Assembly: GCA_046758865.1 (NCBI GenBank)
Contig: JBHIBD010000004.1
Coordinates: forward strand, 1 to 57,783
Direction: 5' to 3'
DNA length: 57,783 bases
Source: Candidatus Brocadiales bacterium
Lineage (GTDB): Bacteria > Planctomycetota > Brocadiia > Brocadiales > Bathyanammoxibiaceae
Positions 25,076-34,479 of the stretch are shown in pieces. Positions within the stretch are counted from its first letter, which is position 1. Every line of letters begins with the position of its first letter. The notes under the pieces are model-generated. The model was not told the DNA's origin. It did not search any database and saw nothing but the letters and a program-made list of their open reading frames with translations. Position numbers and translations under genes: made by a program.

Positions 25076-25172
25076 CCCTCGCACGACCTTTTCCCACAAA
25101 ATACTTCTGAAGTGTTACCTGTGTCAACAAATAATACGAATAAAAATAAATTAAAATTTTCTCTCCTTTGTC

Positions 25173-25200
25173 TTGACAGGTATTGCTTGAACGTTATAAT
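25173..25200 (+). promoter_or_regulatory. near-consensus sigma70 promoter (TTGACA-16-TATAAT) with an A/T-rich upstream element
   Basis: ttgaca 25173-25178, tataat 25195-25200. AT-rich run 25125-25160. Drives the 25297 ORF and nth. Confidence 0.55.
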
Positions 25201-25296
25201 TTTTTACATCTTTGCCCTATTACCTGCGGTGCTGGGTGGATGTTTGGTCGTTCTCCATAATGCCTTTATGGTAATGATCAAATTGCTGAGGTAAAA

Positions 25297-25482
25297 ATGC
25301 TAACGCTAATAAAAACCAAAGGAACAGATGGGCGAAAGAAATTAGCGCGATTGGCACTCATAAAGGAGAGATACAAAAAACTGGTCCTGGAGCCAAGAAG
25401 GGAAATAGAATTTGAATTGGAAAAGGACCTGGAAGAAGAAACTCTGAGTGACTTTCGCTCTACCAACTTTACCCAGGTCTAA
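25297..25482 (+). CDS. small hypothetical protein (61 aa, charged)
   Basis: GAGG 7 nt upstream of ATG 25297. Lies downstream of a strong promoter and upstream of nth. No motif recognised. Confidence 0.35.
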   Translation: MLTLIKTKGTDGRKKLARLALIKERYKKLVLEPRREIEFELEKDLEEETLSDFRSTNFTQV

Positions 25483-25567
25483 AAATAGCGAAAAGCCTCC
25501 TCTCAGAAGAAATCTCACCTGAATTAAGAAGTAGCAGTTTAGCCCCAGTTAGAATTACTCTTACACC

Positions 25568-26227
25568 GTGTCTAAAACAAATCTCGACATACAAAAAGTA
25601 ATTACTACCATAAAACGAGTAAATAGTGCATTCAAAGAGCCTACAGTAACCACAGTAGCTAAAAGCCGAAGCCCTTTTAAGGTGCTTATCTCCTGCCTAT
25701 TGAGTCTGCGGACCAAGGACAACGTTACATCTGTCGCCAGCGAGAGGCTGTTCCAACTAGCAGACACGCCTGAAGGCATGTTAAAACTAAACACCTCGGA
25801 TATACAAAGGGCCATATATCCCGTTGGCTTCTATAAAACAAAGGCCGCGAGGATAAAGGATATATGCAAGGCCTTGATTGAGGAATACGGTGGGAGGGTC
25901 CCTGATGATATAGATACCCTTCTGAAGTTCTCAGGCATAGGGCGAAAGACAGCAAACTTAGTGGTAACACTTGGGTATGGCAAGCCCGGTATCTGTGTGG
26001 ACACTCACGTGCACAGAATCACCAACCGCTGGGGATATGTAAAGACCAAGACACCTGTTGAAACAGAGTTTGCACTGAGAAAGATGCTTCCCGGGAGGTA
26101 CTGGCTCGTTATTAACGACATCTTAGTCACCTACGGACAAAACGTCTGCACCCCCATCCTGCCAAAATGCAGCATCTGCAAGGTCTACTGGTACTGCAAA
26201 AGAGTGGGTGTGAAAAAACACCGTTGA
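25568..26227 (+). CDS. nth: endonuclease III (DNA glycosylase / AP lyase)
   Basis: HhH-GPD region LLKFSGIGRKTANLVV...VDTHVHR. C-terminal 4Fe-4S loop CTPILPKCSICKVYWYC. Confidence 0.9.
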   Translation: MSKTNLDIQKVITTIKRVNSAFKEPTVTTVAKSRSPFKVLISCLLSLRTKDNVTSVASERLFQLADTPEGMLKLNTSDIQRAIYPVGFYKTKAARIKDICKALIEEYGGRVPDDIDTLLKFSGIGRKTANLVVTLGYGKPGICVDTHVHRITNRWGYVKTKTPVETEFALRKMLPGRYWLVINDILVTYGQNVCTPILPKCSICKVYWYCKRVGVKKHR

Positions 26228-26230
26228 GTG

Positions 26231-26406
26231 ATGGGTCTTCAGACCTGTCCGTCAAGGCCCTCTACCACAGCGAACAGACCTTCAGGTCTGTCCCTATAAA
26301 AAGTATTATCGCGTAGGGAGAGACTCTCCCATCCACACGGAGGACAACAAAAGCCACCATACAGACAAAGTACATCAACTCGATGTGGTTGCCCCATTTA
26401 TGGGGC
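26231..26406. repeat. mosaic array 7 of palindromic modules
   Basis: C module copy ggtc-ttca-gacctgtccgtc...gaacagacc-ttca-ggtctgtccctat 26234-26297. gtag-headed gggaga-gac-tctccc 26313-26330. gcccca-ttta-tggggc 26391-26406 (inverse of 549-564). Confidence 0.75.
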
Positions 26407-26434
26407 AGACAATTTGAGCCGATAAATAAGGTCA

Positions 26435-27349
26435 CTACAAGGATAAGGCGTTGGGCAAATCCTTTCCGGTAAGGCGCCGATATGCCTCCAAATATTTCTC
26501 GGAGGTCTTTTCTACTACCTCCTGGGGGAGAGGTGGTGCAGGTGGGGTCTTGTCCCAGCCGGTGGACTCCAAATAATCCCTTACGTACTGCTTATCAAAG
26601 GAGGGCTGGGGACGTCCAGGGCGGTAACCCTCCAAGGGCCAGAAACGAGAGGAGTCGGGTGTGAACACCTCGTCTATTAGGATGAGTTTCTCGTCCAAAA
26701 AACCCCACTCAAACTTTGCATCGGCGATTATTATCCCCTTTTCCAAGGCATACATACTGGCTTCAACGAATATGGCAATGCTTTTACCCATAATTTCCTG
26801 AGAAATATCCTTGCCCAGCATCTCTATCATCCGCTCAACCGGTATATTTAGGTCATGACCGCTAGTGGCCTTGGTGGCCGGGGTGAAGATAGGTTCTGGC
26901 AGCTTCTCCGACTGCCTAAGGCCCTGACCCAGTTTAACATCCTGGACACCCCCCGTGTCCCGATATTCCTTTAGGGCCGAGCCGGCAAGATATCCCCTAA
27001 CCACGCACTCAACGGGTAGCGGACGCGCCTTCTCCACTAGCATGGAGCGTCCCGACAGGACATCACCAAAAGGTGTCAACACCTCTCCTATCTCTCTAAT
27101 ATCGGAGGTAATGAAATGAGATTGGGTTATGTGTGAAAGTTTCTTGAACCAGAACTCTGACAGGGCTGTCAGCACCTTTCCTTTGTAAGGAATGCCTGTT
27201 GGAAGTACCACGTCGAAGACAGAAATCCTGTCGGTGGCAACAAAGAGTAGTTTCCCGCCAAACTCGTATATATCCCTGACCTTTCCCCTCTTGAAGAGGG
27301 AGAGGCTGGGGAGGGAGGTCTCTAGGATGACGGTGTCATCTCTCTTCAC
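26435..27349 (-). CDS. purC: phosphoribosylaminoimidazole-succinocarboxamide (SAICAR) synthase
   Basis: Long-form PurC: GKVRDIY, ATDRISVFD, ADAKFEWG, DEVFTPDSSRFW blocks. GTG start overlaps the upstream stop (GTGA). Confidence 0.95.
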   Translation of the reverse strand: MKRDDTVILETSLPSLSLFKRGKVRDIYEFGGKLLFVATDRISVFDVVLPTGIPYKGKVLTALSEFWFKKLSHITQSHFITSDIREIGEVLTPFGDVLSGRSMLVEKARPLPVECVVRGYLAGSALKEYRDTGGVQDVKLGQGLRQSEKLPEPIFTPATKATSGHDLNIPVERMIEMLGKDISQEIMGKSIAIFVEASMYALEKGIIIADAKFEWGFLDEKLILIDEVFTPDSSRFWPLEGYRPGRPQPSFDKQYVRDYLESTGWDKTPPAPPLPQEVVEKTSEKYLEAYRRLTGKDLPNALSL

Positions 27350-28182
27350 TTTGTGGTGTGATTTGAGGAGAGGCCATTCAGAGGTATGTGTGGAGCAAGC
27401 TTCTCACAGATCCTCTGCACGCCCCTTAAATTGGGCTTTAGAGACAGGGCTATATTCAGATACGTTGCGGCAGAGTAATAATCTCCCAGCTTCAAATAAC
27501 ACTCGGCCATCTTCTTGTGTACGTAGGCCCGTTCACCCCTACCAAGCTTCAACTCCAACACCTTTTCGTAGTACGCGATTGCACTTTTTGGACCAACACG
27601 CCTGGCTAAATGGCGGCAATAGATTCTTCGAATGCGGTCCTTAATCTCATCAAGAAGGTACTGCCTCTTTGTTCCCTGCTCCAGTCGTAGATATGCCTCC
27701 TCGTAAAACTCCAGGGCCTCGGAGTACCTCCTCTGTCTCTCACACTCTTCGGCCAGGAGAAAGGTACAGTCTATGTAGTCCCTAAAGGAGAAATAAGAGA
27801 GGAGATGAAAGCCCTGTATATCCCTCTTGAGACGGTCACAATTCTCCAGTGCCTGTCGTCCCTTGTGGTCTAAGAGGTCCAGGAGTATTGTCCTCACCTG
27901 GAAATTGGTCGTATTCTGCCACTTCTTGGGCGTCCCACCATTATGCCTCCTCATAAGGCCGAGCATCTTATCATAATGATTGCGATGAGACTTATCGCCA
28001 AGCATCTTATAGGCTTGAATTACCAGCTTGACTTTTGTCTCTGCCCAGGGCTTATTTCCATTCCTGTCAGGATGGTATTGCTTAACCAACCTCCTGAAGG
28101 AATGTTTTATCTCCTCGGCACAGGCCCCTTCATTTACATTCAGGACCTCATAATAATTAATAAATCTGTCATGCTCTAACAT
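27346..28182 (-). CDS. J-domain (DnaJ-like) protein with TPR-like C-terminal region
   Basis: INYYEVLNVNEGACAEEIKHSFRRLVKQYHPDRN (HPD motif). C-terminal A..YY...L.L helical repeats. Confidence 0.8.
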   Translation of the reverse strand: MLEHDRFINYYEVLNVNEGACAEEIKHSFRRLVKQYHPDRNGNKPWAETKVKLVIQAYKMLGDKSHRNHYDKMLGLMRRHNGGTPKKWQNTTNFQVRTILLDLLDHKGRQALENCDRLKRDIQGFHLLSYFSFRDYIDCTFLLAEECERQRRYSEALEFYEEAYLRLEQGTKRQYLLDEIKDRIRRIYCRHLARRVGPKSAIAYYEKVLELKLGRGERAYVHKKMAECYLKLGDYYSAATYLNIALSLKPNLRGVQRICEKLAPHIPLNGLSSNHTTK

Positions 28183-28493
28183 GGTACAGGACTACAGACA
28201 ATAGAATGCTAGCTTTCAACCGGACATCATTACCCATATTGACGATGTAAGGTCTACCCGCCTTCAAGAGATTCCTGAAAACAGGTTTACCTTGAGGTGG
28301 GCCAGGCCAGTTTTACTGACTCCTCCATATTATTCCTTTTTATCAGCTTTTTTAATTAAGTCAAGTTCTATTATGCATGGGTCTTGAACCCCGAGTCTTT
28401 AACTATCTTGCCAAAAGGGCAAAAAGTAGGTAAGATAGTGCTTTTAAACTATGCCTACAACATGCGGCGCTTGTTTGAGAAAGGACTAAGATT

Positions 28494-30293
28494 GTGGCCA
28501 CATACCCTGAGAAATGGGTTGAAGAGGTAGCAAAACTTACTCAACCGGATAAGATTTACTGGTGCAACGGTTCAGAGGAAGAAGCTCGCAAGCTCATCGA
28601 GATAGGAATGAAAGAAGAGCGGCTTGGGGGGCATGCGGTGTTTTATGAACTGAACCAAAAGACGTATCCCAATTGTTATTTGCATCGCAGTCATCCCACC
28701 GATGTAGCGCGTACTGAGCACTTAACCTTTATCTGTCATCAAGATAAAGAGACCGCAGGGCCAAATAATAATTGGATGGGGCCAGAAGAGGCGAAAGAAC
28801 GCCTTACCAGATTATCCAAGGGCTGTATGCGGGGAAGGACAATGTATGTTGTACCTTACATGATGGGACATCCTGACTCACCTTATGCAAAGGCTTGTAT
28901 ACAGCTTACCGATACCAGTTATGTGGCTGTAAGTATGAGAATAATGGCTCGGGTAGGAAGGTTTGTAGTGGAGAAGATTGGGGCTCGTCAGGACTTTGTA
29001 AAGGGGCTCCATTCGGTGGGAGACCTCGACCCTCACAAACGATTTATTATGCATTTCCCCGATGAGAATCTAGTCTGGAGCATTGGTTCTGGTTACGGAG
29101 GAAACGCCCTGTTGGGTAAGAAGTGTTTTGCCTTGAGAATGGCCTCCTGGTTGGGCTTGAAAGAAGGATGGCTGGCCGAACATATGGTGATTATTGGCAT
29201 TGAGGCCCCCCAAGGTAATGTTACCTATGTCACCGTTGCAATGCCTTCTGCCTGTGGAAAGACCAACCTGGCCATGCTAGAGTCCTCACTGCCTGGCTAC
29301 AAGATATGGACCCTGGGTGATGATATTTCCTGGTTAAATATCGGTCCTGACGGGAGGCTATACGCCATCAATCCAGAGGTAGGCTTCTTTGGGGTGGCAC
29401 CAGGGACCTCTATGAAGAGTAATCCCAATATGATGAGGACACTAAAGGCTGCTAAATTCTATCCCACCCTTTTTACAAATACGGCCCTGGACATGGATAC
29501 CAACGAACCCAGGTGGGAGGGGATGGATGGCCCCACACCAAAGAATCTGGTGGATTGGCAGGGCAGACCCTGGGATAGTTCCCGGGGCACAGAGGCCGCA
29601 CATCCCAACTCCAGGTTTACTGTATCTATATATAACTGCCCCACACTCTCGCAAGAATTTGATAACCCCAAGGGTGTGCCCATCTCGGCGATAATCCTGG
29701 GAGGAAGAAGGACGCAACTTATACCCCTGGTGGTGGAGAGCTTTAACTGGCAACACGGCGTATTTTTGGGCGCCAGAACAGGTTCTGAGACTACTGCTGC
29801 CGCTGCTCATCAGGTGGGTGTGGTAAGAAGAGACCCTATGGCCATGCTTCCCTTTTGTGGTTATAATATGGGTGACTATTTTAGGCACTGGATTAATACT
29901 GGAAGAAAGTTAACCCCTCCTCCAAAGATATTTTCAGTTAACTGGTTCAGGACGGACGAGAAAGGGGAGTTCCTCTGGCCAGGATTCGGGGAAAATATTC
30001 GCATATTAAAGTGGATAGTGGATAGGGTAAATAACCGTGTTGATGCTAAGGAAACGCCTTTGGGATATGTTCCGCATTTAAGGGATTTAGACCTGGAGGG
30101 ATTAGATATTCCCAAAGGAAGACTTGAAGAATTATTTGAGATTAACCCACAAGATTGGCAGCAGGAACTGGAGGATATAGAGAAGTTCTTAATTCAATTT
30201 GGTGACCACTTGCCCCAGGAAATCTGGCAAGAGTTCAATATCATGAAGGCAAAACTTGCCCCAAATTTTGTTAAAACAGAGTATCGCGCATAA
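28494..30293 (+). CDS. pckG: phosphoenolpyruvate carboxykinase (GTP)
   Basis: GTP-PEPCK blocks: SIGSGYGGNALLGKKCFALR, kinase-1a PSACGKTNLAM, DDISW, NWF. Confidence 0.95.
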   Translation: MATYPEKWVEEVAKLTQPDKIYWCNGSEEEARKLIEIGMKEERLGGHAVFYELNQKTYPNCYLHRSHPTDVARTEHLTFICHQDKETAGPNNNWMGPEEAKERLTRLSKGCMRGRTMYVVPYMMGHPDSPYAKACIQLTDTSYVAVSMRIMARVGRFVVEKIGARQDFVKGLHSVGDLDPHKRFIMHFPDENLVWSIGSGYGGNALLGKKCFALRMASWLGLKEGWLAEHMVIIGIEAPQGNVTYVTVAMPSACGKTNLAMLESSLPGYKIWTLGDDISWLNIGPDGRLYAINPEVGFFGVAPGTSMKSNPNMMRTLKAAKFYPTLFTNTALDMDTNEPRWEGMDGPTPKNLVDWQGRPWDSSRGTEAAHPNSRFTVSIYNCPTLSQEFDNPKGVPISAIILGGRRTQLIPLVVESFNWQHGVFLGARTGSETTAAAAHQVGVVRRDPMAMLPFCGYNMGDYFRHWINTGRKLTPPPKIFSVNWFRTDEKGEFLWPGFGENIRILKWIVDRVNNRVDAKETPLGYVPHLRDLDLEGLDIPKGRLEELFEINPQDWQQELEDIEKFLIQFGDHLPQEIWQEFNIMKAKLAPNFVKTEYRA

Positions 30294-30313
30294 TACACAG
30301 AGAATTTTGAGGT

Positions 30314-31222
30314 ATGGACCTGGGAGAGAACAGGAGGGTGTATTCGGAAGAAGTAAGGGACTTAGGGCTCTATGAGAGGACCCTTAGTCTTCTTGAGCTT
30401 ATCAAATTCCCCCACACCGTATTTTCCGCACCCTTTGCAGTGATGAGTGCCTTTCTGGCTGCTGACGGCATGCCTACGCTGAGGCAGCTTCTGCTTATAC
30501 TCGGAGCCCTGGTAATGGCCAGGAACTGCGCCATGGGCTTCAACAGACTAGCAGACTTTTACTACGATACCACCAACCCTAGGACCCAGAAGTGGACCGT
30601 TATGCAAATGGAATTGGGCCGACCCACACTCTTGGTATTTACCCTGGCCAGCGCGCTATGTTTCGTAGTGTTTGCTGCGGCGCTGAACAGACTTACACTC
30701 TACTTGGCTCCAGTCGCCCTAGCGGTGGTATGCCTATATTCCTACACAAAAAGACTGAGTAGCTTCTCCCACTTTATCCTGGGCCTTGCGTTGGCGCTGG
30801 CCCCGTTAGGGGCCTGGGTGGCCATACGGGCCAGCTTTGACGCCGCCCCCTGCCTGCTGGCGACAGCGGTGCTACTCTGGACAGCAGGCTTTGATATAAT
30901 CTACTCCTGCCAGGACCTGGAGCATGACATACGGATGGGGCTACATTCTATACCTAAGAGACTGGGTATAAAAAACGCCCTAAGACTTTCCTTACTGCTG
31001 CACGTCCTTATGGTGGCGGTCTTACTGGTGCTTACAAGATACGTTGACCTGGGCAACATCTACCTGCTGGGGGTATGCGCCACTGCAGTATTGCTCTTCT
31101 ACGAGCACTCACTGGTAAAGCCTGACGACCTTTCCAGGGTCAACGCGGCCTTCTTCACTGTAAATGGATTCATCAGTCTTGCCCTCATGGCCTTCACCCT
31201 GATAGACATATTCGTTTCTTGA
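30314..31222 (+). CDS. UbiA-family aromatic prenyltransferase (4-hydroxybenzoate polyprenyltransferase / MqnP-like)
   Basis: NRLADFYYDTTNPRT first Asp-rich motif, second motif YSCQDLEHD, about 8-9 TM. Confidence 0.85.
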   Translation: MDLGENRRVYSEEVRDLGLYERTLSLLELIKFPHTVFSAPFAVMSAFLAADGMPTLRQLLLILGALVMARNCAMGFNRLADFYYDTTNPRTQKWTVMQMELGRPTLLVFTLASALCFVVFAAALNRLTLYLAPVALAVVCLYSYTKRLSSFSHFILGLALALAPLGAWVAIRASFDAAPCLLATAVLLWTAGFDIIYSCQDLEHDIRMGLHSIPKRLGIKNALRLSLLLHVLMVAVLLVLTRYVDLGNIYLLGVCATAVLLFYEHSLVKPDDLSRVNAAFFTVNGFISLALMAFTLIDIFVS

Positions 31223-31422
31223 TGAATTTGACAATGCGCTTCCGTACCGAACATAACTAACTTAATTATCCGGCTACCACGTCTTGGAACAGTCTCTTAC
31301 ACCAAAATATTTAATTGACTTGCAGACTTTTTGTATGATATCATTTTTCTAAATCCTTCCTTGTGTAATGTATACGTCTTTATCCTTCCCTATGGCAGGA
31401 TTAAACTGAAGGAAAGTTTATT

Positions 31423-33426
31423 GTGAAGGTCACAAAGGATAGCAAGGTACTGGACATACTGAAGGCATATCCTACCACCGTAAAGATATTTGACAAGTTT
31501 CAACTCCACCCCTTCAGAAACATAAATAACGACTTGGAGACCGTTGCTTTTAAAAATAACGCCGACCTTGAGGCAGTACTAAAGGAATTAAACAACGTCA
31601 TCACAGGGCCTTCCGAAGCCGGTGAAGCAGTAAGGGGCGTCCCTCACGGAAAGATTCACCAGAATATGACCTTCAGGCTGGTCACCACCCGTTACCCCGC
31701 AACGAGGAATATTTTTGCCGAGCACGGCGTATTAGAATTAGCAGAAAAACACTGGCCCGACGAAAATATATTCTTCTTTGCCATGGCCCTCCATATGCCG
31801 CCAGATAAGCTGGTGGATAAACTTACGGAGACCGTGGAAGGGGTAAGTAAACCTGCGGCAGGTGTTCCTCCTTTTCAACCCGAAGACATCCACATAAATT
31901 TCATAAAGGTAGCCGTCATATTTGCATTAACCACGGGATGCCTATACGGAGCAGGCATTCTCTTTTATTTTGGCATGAACGGCGCGCTACATGGGGTGCC
32001 CAGGGCCATGCTAGAGGCCCACGGTCATACCCAGATTTACGGCTGGGTTGGTCTTTTTATAATGGGTATATCCTACTTCGCGCTGCCCAGGTTCTGGAAT
32101 GCATCACTATACAACGTCCTAATGGCCAAGATGTCTCTTATCCCAATGACAATCGGAATAACGTTGGTATTCCTGTCCAGGCACCTACTGCTTATGGGGG
32201 ACTACATCCCGTTCAGGGTCATGGCCATTGGGGGAAGCTTGATAGAGGTAGCGGCAATATGCCTGTTTATGTACATAATGGTCAACACGTACCGTTCCAA
32301 TACCACCAGAAAGTTTGAGGTCTACGAGGCATACTTCTTTGTGGGGTACGTCTGGTTTCTGATACAGGGAGTAATATTCGTGGGGACCATGGTCTATATG
32401 GCCTATAACGGTCTAAATACCATCCCCCGCCTGGTAGAACAACCCCTGCTGCATATGCAGATAATGGGTTTTGCCTGTATGGCAATCTTGGGAATCCTGA
32501 CCAAGACCCTGCCTGTATTCCTGGGGATAAAGGAACCCAGAAAGGACATAAACCTCTACGTGTTCCTACTACTAAACACCTCTATCCTCCTCAGGGTTGT
32601 GAGCCTCGTTTTAAAGGAAACGTATCCATTGTTCCAAACCGCATTCCTTGCGGCGGGATGCCTGGAGGCTCTGGCGATTCTGCTCTTCTTCTACAACCTT
32701 AGACTACATCACATGGGAGAAATCGATTCCGGCATACCAAGAAAAGAGTACAGAAAGTTCATACAGGCCTCGCTCTTCTGGTTCCTTATGGCAGAGTCAG
32801 CACTCCTATATTTTAATATAAACCAATTCTATACCGGCACAGAGGTATCCTATGCCCTCTTTGGTGCCTACCGACATGCCATATTTGTAGGGTTCATTAC
32901 CATGATGATACTGGGCTGCGCCTCCAAGATGATTCCCATGAGCCTGGGGACACAACTCTACAGCTACAGGGCGCTATTCTGGACATTCATTCTATTAAAT
33001 ACGGGCAGTATCCTACGGGTCACCTGTCAGCCCCTGGCTGCGGACTACAACATGAGTACCCTATTCCTCCCAATGGGTATAAGTGGATTCTTGGAATACG
33101 GTGCAATCTTCCTCTTCGGCTATAATGTCTGGAAGACCGTCGGCCAAAGACAGGTCCAAGAAGAACAGGAGATGGGAGAAAGGATTACTGTGGTAACACC
33201 CGAGACAAACGTGTATCAGTTGATAAAACAACATCCGCAGGCCCTGGATGTGCTGGTAAGCCACGGCTTTAAACAACTAAAGAACCCCGTGCTCCTAAAC
33301 ACAGTGGCAAGGACGGTAAATATCGGCGCCGCTGCAACCATACATACCACCGACCTCGATAGCCTGCTCAAGAAACTCAACGAAGCAATAAACAAAAAGA
33401 CACCGCAGACCCAAGACATCACCTGA
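31423..33426 (+). CDS. NnrS-like polytopic membrane protein flanked by DUF1858-like domains
   Basis: Core HGHTQIYGWVGLFIMGISYFALPRFW and YRHAIFVGFITMMILG fit the two NnrS His blocks (H.H...(F/Y)G.....I.G....A.P). Soluble DUF1858-like segments at aa 1-60, about 75-140, and the C-terminus (VYQLIKQHPQALDVLVSHGFKQLKNPVLLNTVARTVNIGAAA...LLKKLNE). Confidence 0.6.
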   Translation: MKVTKDSKVLDILKAYPTTVKIFDKFQLHPFRNINNDLETVAFKNNADLEAVLKELNNVITGPSEAGEAVRGVPHGKIHQNMTFRLVTTRYPATRNIFAEHGVLELAEKHWPDENIFFFAMALHMPPDKLVDKLTETVEGVSKPAAGVPPFQPEDIHINFIKVAVIFALTTGCLYGAGILFYFGMNGALHGVPRAMLEAHGHTQIYGWVGLFIMGISYFALPRFWNASLYNVLMAKMSLIPMTIGITLVFLSRHLLLMGDYIPFRVMAIGGSLIEVAAICLFMYIMVNTYRSNTTRKFEVYEAYFFVGYVWFLIQGVIFVGTMVYMAYNGLNTIPRLVEQPLLHMQIMGFACMAILGILTKTLPVFLGIKEPRKDINLYVFLLLNTSILLRVVSLVLKETYPLFQTAFLAAGCLEALAILLFFYNLRLHHMGEIDSGIPRKEYRKFIQASLFWFLMAESALLYFNINQFYTGTEVSYALFGAYRHAIFVGFITMMILGCASKMIPMSLGTQLYSYRALFWTFILLNTGSILRVTCQPLAADYNMSTLFLPMGISGFLEYGAIFLFGYNVWKTVGQRQVQEEQEMGERITVVTPETNVYQLIKQHPQALDVLVSHGFKQLKNPVLLNTVARTVNIGAAATIHTTDLDSLLKKLNEAINKKTPQTQDIT

Positions 33427-33538
33427 GTTCAGTAGAGTACATCTTGACGCAGGTCTGCCTTTGGCACGGCTTGCTCAACATTATGTCCCCATGAGGCAGA
33501 TAAACTCTGCCACCACAAATTTTAAGGTAGGAGAATCT

Positions 33539-34453
33539 CTAATAGGGTTTGCTTTCCTTCGTGGATTCGAGGATTCTCAGGTAGCTCTCATAACGTCTCT
33601 CGTCAAGTAAGCCTTGCTCCACGGCCACCTTTACCGCGCAACGCGGCTCGTGAGTGTGGGTGCACCTCGTAAAGTGACACCCCTTTCCTATCTCCCAAAT
33701 ATCTCTAAAAAACTCCGCAACGTCATATTTCCTGATATCCCAGAGGCCGAGCCCCCTTATGCCAGGTGTATCCACCACATATCCACCCACATCTATCCTT
33801 AATAAGGTTACCCAACTGGTGGTATGTCTGCCCTTCCTTGCGGCTTTCCTTATGTCCTGGATTTTGAGTCCGAGTCCAGGCTGAATCCGATTAATCAGAG
33901 ACGATTTGCCCACACCCGACTGTCCCGCCAGGACGGTCTTCTTGTCCTTTAATACACCTATAAGTTTATCTATACCTATGCCCTGAACCGCACTGGTAAA
34001 TAAAACCAAGTGTCCCAGCCCACCGTATAAATTCTTAACCCAGGATACCTCCTTTTCATCCACTAGGTCTATTTTGTTTACACAGATTACGGCACCTAAG
34101 CCGCCACTTTCTGCTGCAATTATATAGCGGTCAATAATACCTGCCTTTAAGGGTGGGTCCTTTGTGGCCACTACTATGAGCACCTGGTCCATATTGGCCA
34201 CCACCACGTGCTCTTTACCCGGTGCCCACGAGGCGATACGGGATAGTTTGGTTTTTCTTTCCTGTATCCCCTCGATTACCCCCTCTCCGGGAGACGTCTC
34301 ACTGAACTGAACCAAATCCCCCACAACCACAGGGCTCGTCTGCTTATCTACTGCCGAAATGAGCTTCTTCCTGAGCCTACACCTGTAGCTATACCCATTC
34401 GCCTCGACCTGACACCAGGGACCTTCCACCTTGAGCACGCTACCTTGTTTCAC
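33539..34453 (-). CDS. rsgA: ribosome small-subunit-dependent GTPase A
   Basis: Circularly permuted GTPase: NKIDL (G4) precedes GQSGVGKSSLIN (G1). C-terminal zinc knuckle CHFTRCTHTHEPRCAV. Confidence 0.9.
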   Translation of the reverse strand: MKQGSVLKVEGPWCQVEANGYSYRCRLRKKLISAVDKQTSPVVVGDLVQFSETSPGEGVIEGIQERKTKLSRIASWAPGKEHVVVANMDQVLIVVATKDPPLKAGIIDRYIIAAESGGLGAVICVNKIDLVDEKEVSWVKNLYGGLGHLVLFTSAVQGIGIDKLIGVLKDKKTVLAGQSGVGKSSLINRIQPGLGLKIQDIRKAARKGRHTTSWVTLLRIDVGGYVVDTPGIRGLGLWDIRKYDVAEFFRDIWEIGKGCHFTRCTHTHEPRCAVKVAVEQGLLDERRYESYLRILESTKESKPY

Positions 34454-34479
34454 ATCTCCAGGCCTCGGAATATCGAGAG

